A DNA stretch of 32,895 nt from Albugo candida (taxonomy: Eukaryota): contig JBDOQK010000046.1 in the NCBI GenBank assembly GCA_040437565.1, positions 248,001-280,895 of the forward strand, given 5' to 3'. Below the pieces are notes generated by a model. The model was not told the origin of the DNA. It saw only the letters and a list, made by a program, of their open reading frames with translations, and did no database searches. Below, in pieces: positions 11,695 through 22,793 of the stretch. How positions within the stretch are numbered: the stretch's first letter is position 1; every line of letters starts with the position of its first letter. Made by a program: the position numbers and the translations under genes.

Positions 11695-12969
11695 ATCATA
11701 CNNNNNNNNNNNNNNNNNNNNNNNNNNNNNNNNNNNNNNNNNNNNNNNNNNNNNNNNNNNNNNNNNNNNNNNNNNNNNNNNNNNNNNNNNNNNNNNNNNN
11801 NTTGACACGATGTCGAAAGTCATACAATCATACTCGCTTCAGTTTCAGAGAACGAAGTGTTGCGGCGAGAAGGCACTAGCCTAATATTTCGTTTATATAT
11901 GCATTTCAATCATCAAAGGTCCAAAAGCTTACTGGTATTATTATTCCCACACTATACGCTGTCCACAATGAGTCATTTATCGCCTCTCGATGACTGTATG
12001 AGAATGAGGTACGACATATAACCGGTCACGTTGCACAACTAGAGCAATAATCAAAAGCATGATATCCATTGTAAGCGATCATCCATTCACTACATTTGTG
12101 GAAGCGGCGAATCGCTATAAAGATTTCAGATGAGATCTACGCTGCGCTCAGTAAAAGTAAGGTGGCATTCATGGTTAATCGAGATTGTGTCGAACCTAGC
12201 GACTTCTTTTTGGCATTAGGATAACTTGAAAATATCACGTGCATATTGTGGCGGGACAGCCGCCATTCGTCTTGCAGCGGTATTTGTATGGACAAAAAAG
12301 GATTCCCTCGAAGTGAATGAGGTTCCTATAGACAATTCAAGATTAAACCTTGATTTTTGTGCTACACCAGCGAAGCTATGGCTGCCAGGACAATTCTAAT
12401 GTTAAGTGAAGTGTGCAAACGACCCTCAAAAAAAGAGCAACACGTTGTGTAGCTCCTTTCAGGTATTTATGTAAATCGTATTTCGTCAATCTTCAAGTCC
12501 ATCTTTTGGCACAACGTGTCGACCGGTGAACATGATCGCAAAAATTGCAACCATTCGAAAGGTTGGTCAATATAGCGATCATATTCGAGCTATAAAGCTG
12601 AAAAAATGCGGATATCCATGGCAGCAAAAATTTGACCTAATCCATTTCTATTCAAGAAAGTAAAATTACATCCGGTAATGAAGTCATCTATATAATATAT
12701 GAGGCAACGCGCGCTGATAGAAGTACTCTTCCTTTTATACTTGTGCGCAAAACGATATTATATGCGTGTATATGGTCGCTTCATTAGCATCTGAAAATCT
12801 GGACTTCATACCGAGTATTCGTGAAGATGGAATTTTCTAGAGAGGTATTTATCAACAGTGAAGATATCCGTGCAATTGTGTGACGTACAATGGTAAATTT
12901 CAACGCTATTGCGCTAGTGGTCACTGTAATCAGTTAAAGATAACTCTATTACTAGAACTTAACTAACAA

Positions 12970-15421
12970 GGGTGTGACTATTGCCACAGACGTTTTGCCC
13001 AATGCCACAGGCAAAACATCTCTGATTGGCTAAATTGTGTAAGCTAATATGATTGGCTAATTTGTGTGATTCATCGATCGTTTTCACTATTCCCACACAC
13101 GTTTTCACCATTGCCACAGACAAAACATGTATGATTGGCTAATTTGTGTAAACCAATGTGATTAATCGACAGGATGCCTATATCACTGCGTCTACCTGAG
13201 ATTCATACTAGGATTTCTTATTGATGTTTTTCTAGCACTTCTTAGAGTCCGAGTGGTGCCCTGCTTCCCCACAACCTCTACATAAACGTTTTTTGAGTTT
13301 ATCCTTGAGTTCCACATATTTAATCCCAGATAAATTGCGTCGCGTCGATCCATTTGGTTGGCGCGGCCTTCCTTGCAAAGTTTTTAAAATTTGTTGCGAA
13401 AGTATCTGAAGTTCGTAGAGTGTTGTAGTCTGCTGATGGTCTGGCAAGGCCCCAAAGCAGGTGGTCACTTGATCAAATAACATCGGGAGACTTTTGGCTG
13501 GCCGCAACGGAAGAGCTTAGCCAAGTGCCAATATGGAAGGATGTCGCTCATTTGCAAAGTTTGTTTTTGACGCACGTATTGATGCATTTTGTGCTTACAG
13601 GGAAGACCCCAGACTGTGAAGATACTCTAGAGCATACATCTTCGTCGTTTCTTTGTGGCTGCCGGGCAACTTTCAACTTCTCGTATATTTTATATAGTGT
13701 AAAATGAGAAATTTTAAAGTGTGTTCCCGAAAAATCATTCCTTGAGGCAGTGGCTGTGCATAGTTTCATATTCTTATTTGTTGACGCTGTCGGGACACAT
13801 CGTGCTCTGCAAGATTGTTATCAGAAGCTAGGTATAATTTTTCGCAGCACGAAAAAGAAGATTTTTCATGCTAGTTGGCATGTATTGTTTGAGCATGTGG
13901 TGAGCGCTCTCACCGTGCGCAGTTGCAGTATAACCGAAATGCGTAATACGGCCAGTCCAAGCAGTAACAAACATTTCTTTGGAGGGAATCCATGTTTCAA
14001 CAATATACTTGAATCGTTGACATAGTTCATCGAAGGAGCCTTCTGTTTATGCGTACATGATTTCCCTCCGATCTTTCATGAAGGCTATCCATTCTTCTTC
14101 TTTTGGAATAGATGCTTTGCATTTTTCCACTATGTTTCTTGCAATATGCCATACACATAACAGAATTTTGGAAGTAGGGAAGTGTTCTTGGATTCCTGAA
14201 ATTAGCGCCAGCTCACGATCAACGACAAAAGCTTTCGGGAGAAATCCATCCCTAAAGATCGATCGAAAGAGTTTTATTGCTGAAGAGTATGAGGATTGAC
14301 CCTCGTTTGTCACGGAAAAAAAATGTTTTCTGCATCAACGAGCACCTAACGACATGCAACAACGGAAGCTTCAAAAAAATTGTCTTATATGTGGCATCCA
14401 CCAGAAAAATGTCATTGTGACTCCGAGCCATCTCGGTAGATCTTGGATGGGCAAAGTACAGGTGGGAAATTTTGCCGTCATCATTGATCACTATTGTTTC
14501 AACATCAAATTGCAATCTGCGAAATTTCTGTACAAGGTCATCTATCGGTGTACGTCCATCCAAAGTTTTGAGAATTGCGGCTTGGCGGACGTTATGCAGT
14601 TATGTTTTAGGCAAAATAAGTCCATGATCATTCCGCAAACATGTTTGAATGTTTCTCGGTTGGGACTCCAGCATCATACAATCAAACTATTGTCTTTTCT
14701 ATTTCTGTTTCGAGTGATTATGATCCTCTTCAACCACATGTAAGTTCCGGCGCAGTTCATCCTGTATGGCTTCCAATAGAGATGAACAATTGGCGAGTAC
14801 TGTCGAAGTCTATCGTCCTCTGATCTCTTCCGTTAGACCAAGCCGATATTGCGGTAAGACCCTCCGCGGTCACATTTGTAATGGACCGTATAGTGCCCGT
14901 TACGCTACTTGTAGGATGATTTTGTCACTATCCCATAGCCTTGGGGNNNNNNNNNNNNNNNNNNNNNNNNNNNNNNNNNNNNNNNNNNNNNNNNNNNNNN
15001 NNNNNNNNNNNNNNNNNNNNNNNNNNNNNNNNNNNNNNNNNNNNNNCCCATAGCCTTGGGGGGGGGGGGCGATTTTATTCAATTCCTTTACCATCGCTCT
15101 ACGAGAGCTATGTTTAACTCCAAAAATTCCGGTCGGTGGCTGCAGCAATTTATTCTGAACAATGACGTCATATTCTTTCGTGTATCTGGAATCCATTGTT
15201 TGCTTGAAAGCCGTTATTATTGCGCGACTCGTTTTATGTTGCTGCGTGGTAGGGAGGGAAGCGAGAAAATGCGAAAACGTGGAAACGTGTATGGAACTAT
15301 GTATCTATCTTACGTATACGCAGTAATATACCGATGAATTTATATTAGATACACAAATTAGCCAATCAGAGATATTTTGTCTGTGGCGTTAGGGAAAACG
15401 TCTGTGGCAATAGTCACACCC
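12970..15421 (-). mobile_element. Mutator-like (MULE) DNA transposon, complete ends, decayed transposase
   Basis: TIRs of about 80 bp (GGGTGTGACTATTGCCACAGACGTTTT... and ...AAAACGTCTGTGGCAATAGTCACACCC). A 9-bp TSD is present: AACTAACAA (12961-12969) and AAATAACAA (15422-15430). Confidence 0.93.
13232..15196 (-). pseudogene. MULE/FAR1-type transposase, fragmented
   Basis: N-terminal YKCDRGG. The DDE domain includes FLVDATYKT...LPLLHVV and FVVDRELAL...FPTSKILLCVWHIARN (CxxH). A C-terminal zinc knuckle reads CRGCGEAGH...C. There are several frameshifts and stops, plus a gap at 14947-15046 beside a poly-G run. Confidence 0.9.
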
Positions 15422-16138
15422 AAATAACAAATACACATATAAGAAACGTATCGTGGAAATGCCCTGTGGAAGATGATAATGTGTCTTGTCGCCGTTAATC
15501 TTGTATTGTACTCACCTCAGACTGCTACAATATGAGCATTTGTCCCCAGCGACTTCTCAATTTGCCGGCTACTACTAAATCTGCCAGTTTGTTACAAAAC
15601 AACTCGATAAACAACTTTCTTCAACTCTTTCCTCCCAAAAACAGTGGTTCAAGTCGATATATCGACATAAAATCAGGGTGGTAGCGTCCTCTTGTAGTGA
15701 CGTGGCAACCCTCATGACTCACCCGGGTGATTGCATCATTGTTGATGAATCATCACTCCGGTGTGATGACATGGAAAGTGCCCCCACCCCCCGGTGTGAT
15801 GGTACAGGGTTACACCGGCATTGCATGTGGTACCAGCGGTATATGTGGTACAGCTACTGCCTCGTCACTGGGCGAGCCAAAGCCAACAGCAAGTGTGGAC
15901 GACACCATATGTCCCACTTTAGCAAAAAATATCAAGTCACAGGAGGACTTGCGTAAGGACACGGCTAGAGCTCGAGCGAAATATCTCGTGGAGCTTCCAG
16001 AGCCGAAAGCTTCGGATATCGAGGCTATAATGAAATTGNNNNNNNNNNNNNNNNNNNNNNNNNNNNNNNNNNNNNNNNNNNNNNNNNNNNNNNNNNNNNN
16101 NNNNNNNNNNNNNNNNNNNNNNNNNNNNNNNNNNNNNN

Positions 16139-16574
16139 CTATTAAGGTGGCTTAGGCTACTGCAGTACAGGATTATCAGCGAAAAGACATATTATCATCT
16201 CTGACAGGTGTTTTCACGAAACGTTTTTTATATGTATATTTGTTATTCAAGATAGTTTAGTCAGCTAGAGAAGTCAGTCAGTAAGTATAATTCTAGTGGG
16301 GTCCGTACCCAGCTTAGTCGGTTAAGCACTTGAGCGCACGGAACCTTGCCGGAGGTCGTTAGCTCGATCCCCGGCAGTGTGGGCAGCGGTTTGAGCCCAT
16401 CCAAGCAATAGGCTTGGTAAATATTTGCCTCCCTAGGTTCGGAGTCAGACTTAAGTGATATTCACACGGTCAATGGCTCATGATAGGATAAGGAAGGTAG
16501 TTAAAAAACCAGATAAACAGTGTAATGAAATCCTTGACAAAGTAAGTATAATTCTAGTAATATGGACACCTTCA
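16139..16574 (+). repeat. Dispersed repeat inserted in the Gypsy gag; homologous to 28484-28640 (minus); hosts the SINE
   Basis: The two copies share TTATCATCTC, TTTTTTATATGTATATTTGTTATTCAA, GTAAGT.TAATTCTAGTA and an identical terminus GACACCTTCA. The 5' junction is lost in the gap 16039-16138. Confidence 0.8.
16298..16540 (+). mobile_element. tRNA-derived SINE, 243 bp
   Basis: Perfect 18-bp TSD AGTAAGTATAATTCTAGT at 16280-16297 and 16541-16558. The tRNA-like head GGGGTCCGTA... carries an A-box-like AGCTTAGTCGG (16311-16321) and a B-box-like GCTCGATCC (16362-16370). The paralogous repeat at ~28500-28517 shows the empty site. Confidence 0.85.
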
Positions 16575-19500
16575 ACGGTGGATGGAAACGCTGAGGCAAT
16601 ACTTCTCATTGCAAATCTAAGATGGATTTAGGTGCATCTATATCTATTCTCGATGAATGGAGATATCCCAAGAAATGAAGCAAAAGTCTAGAGATGCCGG
16701 AATATAATTTTTTTGAGAAGAACACCAGAGAGAAATGTAAATTGTTCGTCAACACGATTAGATCTATGATCTTCAGTTTAGGAACGTCAAATTATCAAGT
16801 TTGAATTCGGTGGCATCATATGAGATCCGAAATTTCTATTCAAAGAACTGAGCACAGTTCAATAATAAATATTTGACAAGAAAAATTCTCAATTTTGCAA
16901 CTAGGGAGCTCAAACAGTTGGGTTGTGATTCCGGAAAAATGATATCTCAGTATAGAAAGTGAGAAATCAGGGATTCAAAGGCCAACCACATGTACATAAT
17001 GCCTTGGATAAACAACCGGTGTGACCAGTGCGGTAAATAGCTCAAATGAAGGGCTGCTGGAACTATGATAAAGATCACTGGCTGAATGATTATCCGAACC
17101 TTACCGAAGCTGAAAAAATTGGAATGGCTGGGAAGTAGTGAGCCGAATTCTCTGCAAGTAAGTCCCGTGGTTTGGATGACGCAGAAAAAAAATTCTGCAA
17201 GGTTCATTCAGACCAGACAGTGGAAAAATTATCACTATATCTTCTTGTCTAGATAATGGTGCAGATGATACCGTTATCACGGAGAGTTTGGTGAAAAAAT
17301 TAATTGATGCCGCGATGGAGTTTCGTGTGAAGAGCATTGATCAATGTATTACCGTTAAAAACATAGAAGTATTCAGGGGCTGTTGCAAAAATCAGCAATG
17401 CTGTTGATATAGACATCGAGAAACAGCTGCTTCCTTTAACTAAGAATCAGCGTCAATTTGAGAATGAGAATGGACATATGAAAGTCGAAGCGTACTTGTT
17501 AAAGGATGCCAAGACTATGTAAGAAAAGATGTCACAAGTGGTGAATGCTACAGTCACTGATGGCTTGGTGGAAAAATACCGTTAGACGTTGATTCGTTTG
17601 CTTTCGAATTTTCAAATTTTTTTTTGTTATCATTGTTGGTACTTTTCCTGCTGAGGTTTAGCTGTTATCGGTACAGTCGCAGAAGGTGCAAAGCCGGTTC
17701 CTAGAAACATTAATGTCGAATGACCAATGTATTGAGGTGAAGAGAATGGTTAAGCCGAAGTGTGGTTCAATGCCTTACTTGCCTACAAAGTTTGTTGTCA
17801 TAAACAAGATGACTACGTTTGGAGTTATGAATATGTAAGTCACGCGCAGGTGTTTTAGAATGTATTTTCAATTAGTTATGATCAAGGGGTTTTGGAGAAT
17901 TATTGAATGTATCGGTTGACATTGAGACGGAGAATCTCTTCTTTGTTTGCGAGAGATGAAGTCACGTATCTCAAAATTTCAAAGAAATCTTTTGGACATT
18001 TCAAAGACGTTCAGTCTGAAGGTCAATCCTGATAAAGTCAGTTTTCTCATGAAAGACGTTCGATGGTGGGGGAAGATTTAGGATGAAGATGGAATTCAGC
18101 AAGATCCTGAGATCGGGACTTGAGAAGTCGTAGTCAAGTCTCTTTCTGGAATGAATTGGTTGCGAAATTGATATCAGATTATGAAAGAGTAGTGCGTGTT
18201 CTGCAAGATTTGCTGAAGGCCAAATTGTCTAGAACGCCAGAAACAAAATTAGTGGCGATAAATATTGAATAATGAGCAGATGGATTGCTTCTGATTGATG
18301 AAGGAGCTCTTAAGGAAATTTTTGAATCTACATGGTTTGATGAAAGCGCTCTGGTATGCCCCTTCACGCGTGCAAGATTTTATGGATAGAATGTAGTAAT
18401 AACACAAGTGGTGTAGTGGATTCGTGATTCCCCGCCGAGAAAAAGCAAGTCAAGAAGTATCTGGTTGCTTTATTAAGTCGAGTTGAATCGGACGGTCACT
18501 GAGAAAAAGGCATTTCCTATGATCATGGCTCTTGACAAGGACGACTGTATCCTTCGTCCTTTGAATAGATGCAGAATGATTGTGCTCACAAGTATCTCAT
18601 TCACATTTTCGCTCCTGACCGAAGCACAGAGAAGAGCTCACTTGGAAGAATTCATCGGTGGAGCATCAAAATGATGTTTTAAATATGGGGATGATCATAT
18701 TGCAGAAATTTGTAAGTTTAAGTCAACAAAAATGCTGGGTAGAAATACAATCTTCGTCTCCGACCAATTGTCGCCTATTGATACATCGGAAGCGCTAAGT
18801 ATGCCCGTTCTAACATATGAGGTTATGAGAAGCTGTAGAGGAAATACAATCCAGATGGGATTGCCGTTATAAAGCTTTCAAGACTCAAACAAATTTTGGA
18901 AAAAGATGGGTCGCTCGGAATCACGTATCAAGATTTAGTAGGCACTGTTAGAGTACTAAATATTGGTGATCATGGTTTGCAGGAAATCGGAGTTCAATGG
19001 CTTTATCGTCCATGATAGCAAGAAAATTCTGGAGATATCAGCTTCAAGCTGGATGAAGATTACCTTATCTTTTTAAGAACCACGGATTGAGCGATTATAC
19101 CATGACCTTGGTGCACTGTAAGTGAAGCTTCCAAACGGAGAGATATTACATTGGAGATTACTAATTTTTTTCCCATCGTAAAATGGGCAGCAATGGATGC
19201 TCTGTTGAATTCTAGTTATTTTGGTATTTTTCATTGCGTAGTTGTGACAATTCGAGTGCTGAACATGCTACTTTGTGCATGCTCGAACGGAACTCGCTCT
19301 TCAAGATGTCAAAACTTAGGTCCGTGATAGCGGAACTTACTTAAGAAACAATGTGATAACTGAGCTCGCTCGTCTCAATGGATCCTTCCTGTGAATGTAG
19401 TGATGCTTATTGTAAATGAAAGAATGGAAGTGCAGAGCGAGTCAATCGAGGTTTACTCTAGTGCTGAGGGCTATGGTGGCAGAAATGAAAATGTATATGA

Positions 19501-20210
19501 AGAAATGGACTGATATAATCTGAAGTGTTATGGTGACATGGGACTTGTCAATCGCTTCGGTGGAACAAGCACTATTGAATGTTTTACAGTATTGAAGCCA
19601 GATATTCGTATGAATTTTGTTTTCACAATTGCTCAAATAGAAAGCCTGTAAGCGTGGAAATACCTAAATGCTCTAAAGAAATGAATGTTTTACATCAGTC
19701 AAGAGTGGATATTGCTGATGAAGAAGACGTTTCAGAAGTCACCTGTTTTAGAGAGTCTCTTGCAACCTGCGTAATTTTTTGTCCGCGATGTGGTTCTTGG
19801 GACGAAAGGCGATATGCATTTCATCCGAATAAAATGAGGATCGATTGTCTGGACCCTTATCGGATTATATTATACAAAGAATAATCATTTGTGATGAAAC
19901 AATTGTCCACAGGTCGCGGAAAACGAAGTCCATAACAGTCGTTTAAATTCTATCCGACCTAGAGGCAGTCGAAGAAATCATGGTGCACTTTATGAATCAA
20001 GATTAGATGCTGAATGTGTAGTCAATACGTGCTCATCGTGAAGTCCAAACAAAATGGGATTTAATGGTTGAATGGAAGGGTCTTAAAGAGGGAGGCATCA
20101 GGGGAGCATTATCTATTCTTGACACGAGATTCATCTATTAGTATCGATATTGTCAGAGTTGTTACATACAAGTATCGAAGACATTAGATTTGGATTCCAT
20201 TTCGGAGCAG

Positions 20211-20434
20211 TGTGGTGGACAATGTCCTTAAAATGGAAATCGATCTGATGTAACGTACACGTACATCACTGTATTATCGACAGTACGGTAATAGTAGAGG
20301 TGTGGCAAGAATCAGTCCAGTGACACCAAGGCTCAAACTGACTAGTATAGGAATAGAAAAAGTACCACATGATTTGAAACTAGAGAATATATATCATTGA
20401 TGTCTACAATACATACAGAGGTACACAATCCACA
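20211..20434 (+). repeat. Putative 3' LTR of the Gypsy element
   Basis: Follows the chromodomain and a decayed purine tract (GGAGCAG). Termini are TGTGG...CCACA. No clear partner LTR was found. Confidence 0.55.
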
Positions 20435-21600
20435 TTAAAACAGCAGTGATCAAAAGCGCCGACGAGCAACAGCAAGCTTTCAGCTTCTTCGAGGAAAAAA
20501 CTTAAGCGAATATAAGCGCTATCATTCAAACATTGATTGACTTCAATCTACCTTCAATCAATTGATAAGCGTTGTGTCAAGTGATACACAGCGTTATAAA
20601 GCAGTGTGAAAACGAATGGCTTTTTCTTCGTTATGCATTTTCTCTTTTTGTTAACATTCATCCCTCAAATAAAGGAAAAGGCAAAGGTTGCTTTGTATTC
20701 CAGTCCAGTATCTGAACTGTCAAAGGCATCTCAGAGATATGCAACTGCAAAACAAGCTGCTGTAAACCCTGCAGTTAGACATATACCAATGAACTCGGGA
20801 AGGAAAGTGACCCCCATGATGATCTTATCCTGTTTGGACAGAAGTGCGTCGGCCTGGCATCAAGGAGTTGGCCGCAAAAAAAGTGTCATCATCTAAATGA
20901 CCGTGTCCAAGATACAACATTTTCACATTAAGCAACGAGCAACGAGGAAGCGGTAAGCAGCGTGTTGATGAGAATTAAAAAAGGGATCTCTGTGTCAACA
21001 GGTAAGCTCTATTGTATGCTGATTGTGCTGGCAACAGTCATATTTATCTGAAAATTCATTCACTTCTTAAGATCTACAATTGAGTGAATTCAGTAGTTCG
21101 CCTCGCCTGCAAAGGCCAGCTTTCTGTCACTGTGCAGAAAAGTGAAAAGCAGCGGCCTATTGTCCAAATGCAGCTTGATTTCATGCTCTTAGAGGCGATG
21201 AAAAGCTTTTTCTGCGCACAGCTCATCTAGAGTACCAGCAGCGGCTCAGTGATGACCGAGATTGTCAAGGCTTGTAGACTTTGACTAAGGGCAAGTAATT
21301 GCGACCATGTGCCATTGATTGCAACTAACTGCAACTTCAATTTACTTATAGGCTTGTTGGCATCCACAATGGGTTATCCTTGCGCCCATGTTTGTCATTA
21401 AGTGGTATTACTGTCTGGTAATGGTTTTGATCAGCATTGGTAGTTAGTACACCAGCGGCACCAACAGCACCAACAACACCTGCAGCGGTAGATTTAGACT
21501 CAAATTAGATAGAACAATGTTTGCAGAAAGCGAAGTTTGTTGTGTGATTTTTATTTTATTTATCCTGCTGAATTTCTGCAGACAAATTTGAGACCACGAT
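20435..21600 (+). pseudogene. Highly decayed MULE transposase relic
   Basis: SWIM-like C...STMGYPCAHVC followed by FDQHW (~21330-21445). Upstream VRHIPMN and KIQHF remnants occur in the expected order. Confidence 0.55.
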
Positions 21601-21661
21601 TGCCATGAATTCATGGATGGCGGGGGCTGAATAACGATTCCCGTGAAATTAAATTATTTAA

Positions 21662-22470
21662 GGATCCGTTATAATCCCCTTGGTGCTTTTGATAGAACCC
21701 CCTCAGTTTAATATGATTGGCTGATGTTATGCTTGCATAATGTCTAGGTAAAAGACAATATGATAGCACTCCCCCTACTTTTTGATGTCACTTATTTTGC
21801 ACTCAATTCGCAATCATTCAGCTCAGTTCGCGTTCCGGTGTGTTCGTTTGTGACCATTCTTGTAAAACTATTTCACACGTCACGAATTGTTCATGGCACA
21901 AGAACCTTATATTCTGTAAATTTGATCCAGTGGATTCTGTTGTTGCACTTGCACATCTTTGTGCGTTGTGTTTTACCCTTATGCAACGACCCCATGGTCA
22001 TTGCATGGGTGCATCCAAGGCTGCTGCGACGAGCTTAAATTCCGACGAATTTCTATCTGTCGATTAATGCGGATGATTCATTTCTTCCGGTCGCTCAGAT
22101 GGACTCCCACGCCCTTGTACAGGCACTGGCTCAAGGACAGCACTTGCAGCATCCGGAGTGCCGATTATGAACTTTAGCAAACGGCGGTTCTTGTGCGAAG
22201 AAGACTCAGCTGTATACGATTCCGCAACCACTTGTAACGCACTGGACATAGTTGCCGTATTTGATGTGCTACCCTTCCCATGCGCGCTTGTTGTTGCAGC
22301 AACCAATGCCGATGGAAATCGGCCATCCCTAATGATTAAATATTTACCTTGTAAGCTTGGCTTAATCTCATTAAGTCATCCGTCCAAACGTTTCACAACA
22401 AACTAAAAAATAGCCAATCATATCAAACTGAGAGGAATTTACCAAAAGCACTTACGGAATTCCAACGGTT
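21662..22470 (-). mobile_element. Internally deleted non-autonomous MULE
   Basis: Imperfect TIRs of about 60 bp (CCGTT...GTGCTTTTG...CTCAGTTT.ATATGATTGGCT at 21666-21722 versus 22402-22468). The interior keeps only transposase C-terminal motifs: ADFHRHWLL, VLEPVPVQGRGSP, STDRNSSEFKLV and a decayed knuckle. No clear TSD. Confidence 0.75.
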
Positions 22471-22570
22471 TATTCCTTTGCATTTTTCGACCAATCAGAG
22501 ACCCAGAATTCCATTTAATCTATGGAGGGTGGAGGCGGATTCCTTATTATCCCTAATTATACATAATGTC

Positions 22571-22793
22571 TGCTGGGAGAAATTGGAAAGTGTGTATTTA
22601 TGTAGTAGCTTTTTAGTTCACTGTAGCTCGCCTATGTCAATACCAAAGTTTTCTCTACCGATAACTCTATATCCTTTATAGCGACATTACCAGCACTGAC
22701 TTCCTACGTAATAAATCTTTTAATTTTCTCCGAGCATTGTTAGAAAGAAGTGCATGTGCGAGTAACATGAATTTCTGAACGATTTCTTCAACA
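22571..22793 (-). repeat. Putative 3' LTR of Copia 1
   Basis: On the minus strand it starts TGTTG right after the RNase H end and a decayed PPT, and ends ...CCCAGCA. Confidence 0.55.

Larger units (their letters stand above)
15727..20434 (+). mobile_element. Degenerate Ty3/Gypsy chromodomain-bearing LTR retrotransposon (5' boundary unclear)
   Basis: In order: gag-like fragments (KMDL...EKCKLFV), decayed zinc knuckle GCWNYDKDHWLNDYP (~17050-17097), protease LDNGAD (~17245-17270), RT end LKVNPDK...VRWWG...GIQQDP (~18010-18110), RNase H TEKKAFPMI (~18500), integrase remnants and chromodomain LMVEWKGL (~20060-20085). Confidence 0.8.

Noticed and set aside
11802..12700. Possible further exons or a separate gene upstream of INTS5
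   Set aside because: Only short open stretches are present. I could not build a consistent spliced model or recognise a domain.
12810..12969. Possible 5' LTR of the Gypsy split by the MULE
   Set aside because: There are only patchy short matches to 20211-20434, not enough to support by eye.
16298..16376. Genuine tRNA gene
   Set aside because: There is no proper acceptor stem or cloverleaf, and it is embedded in a TSD-flanked 243-bp insert, so it is a SINE head.
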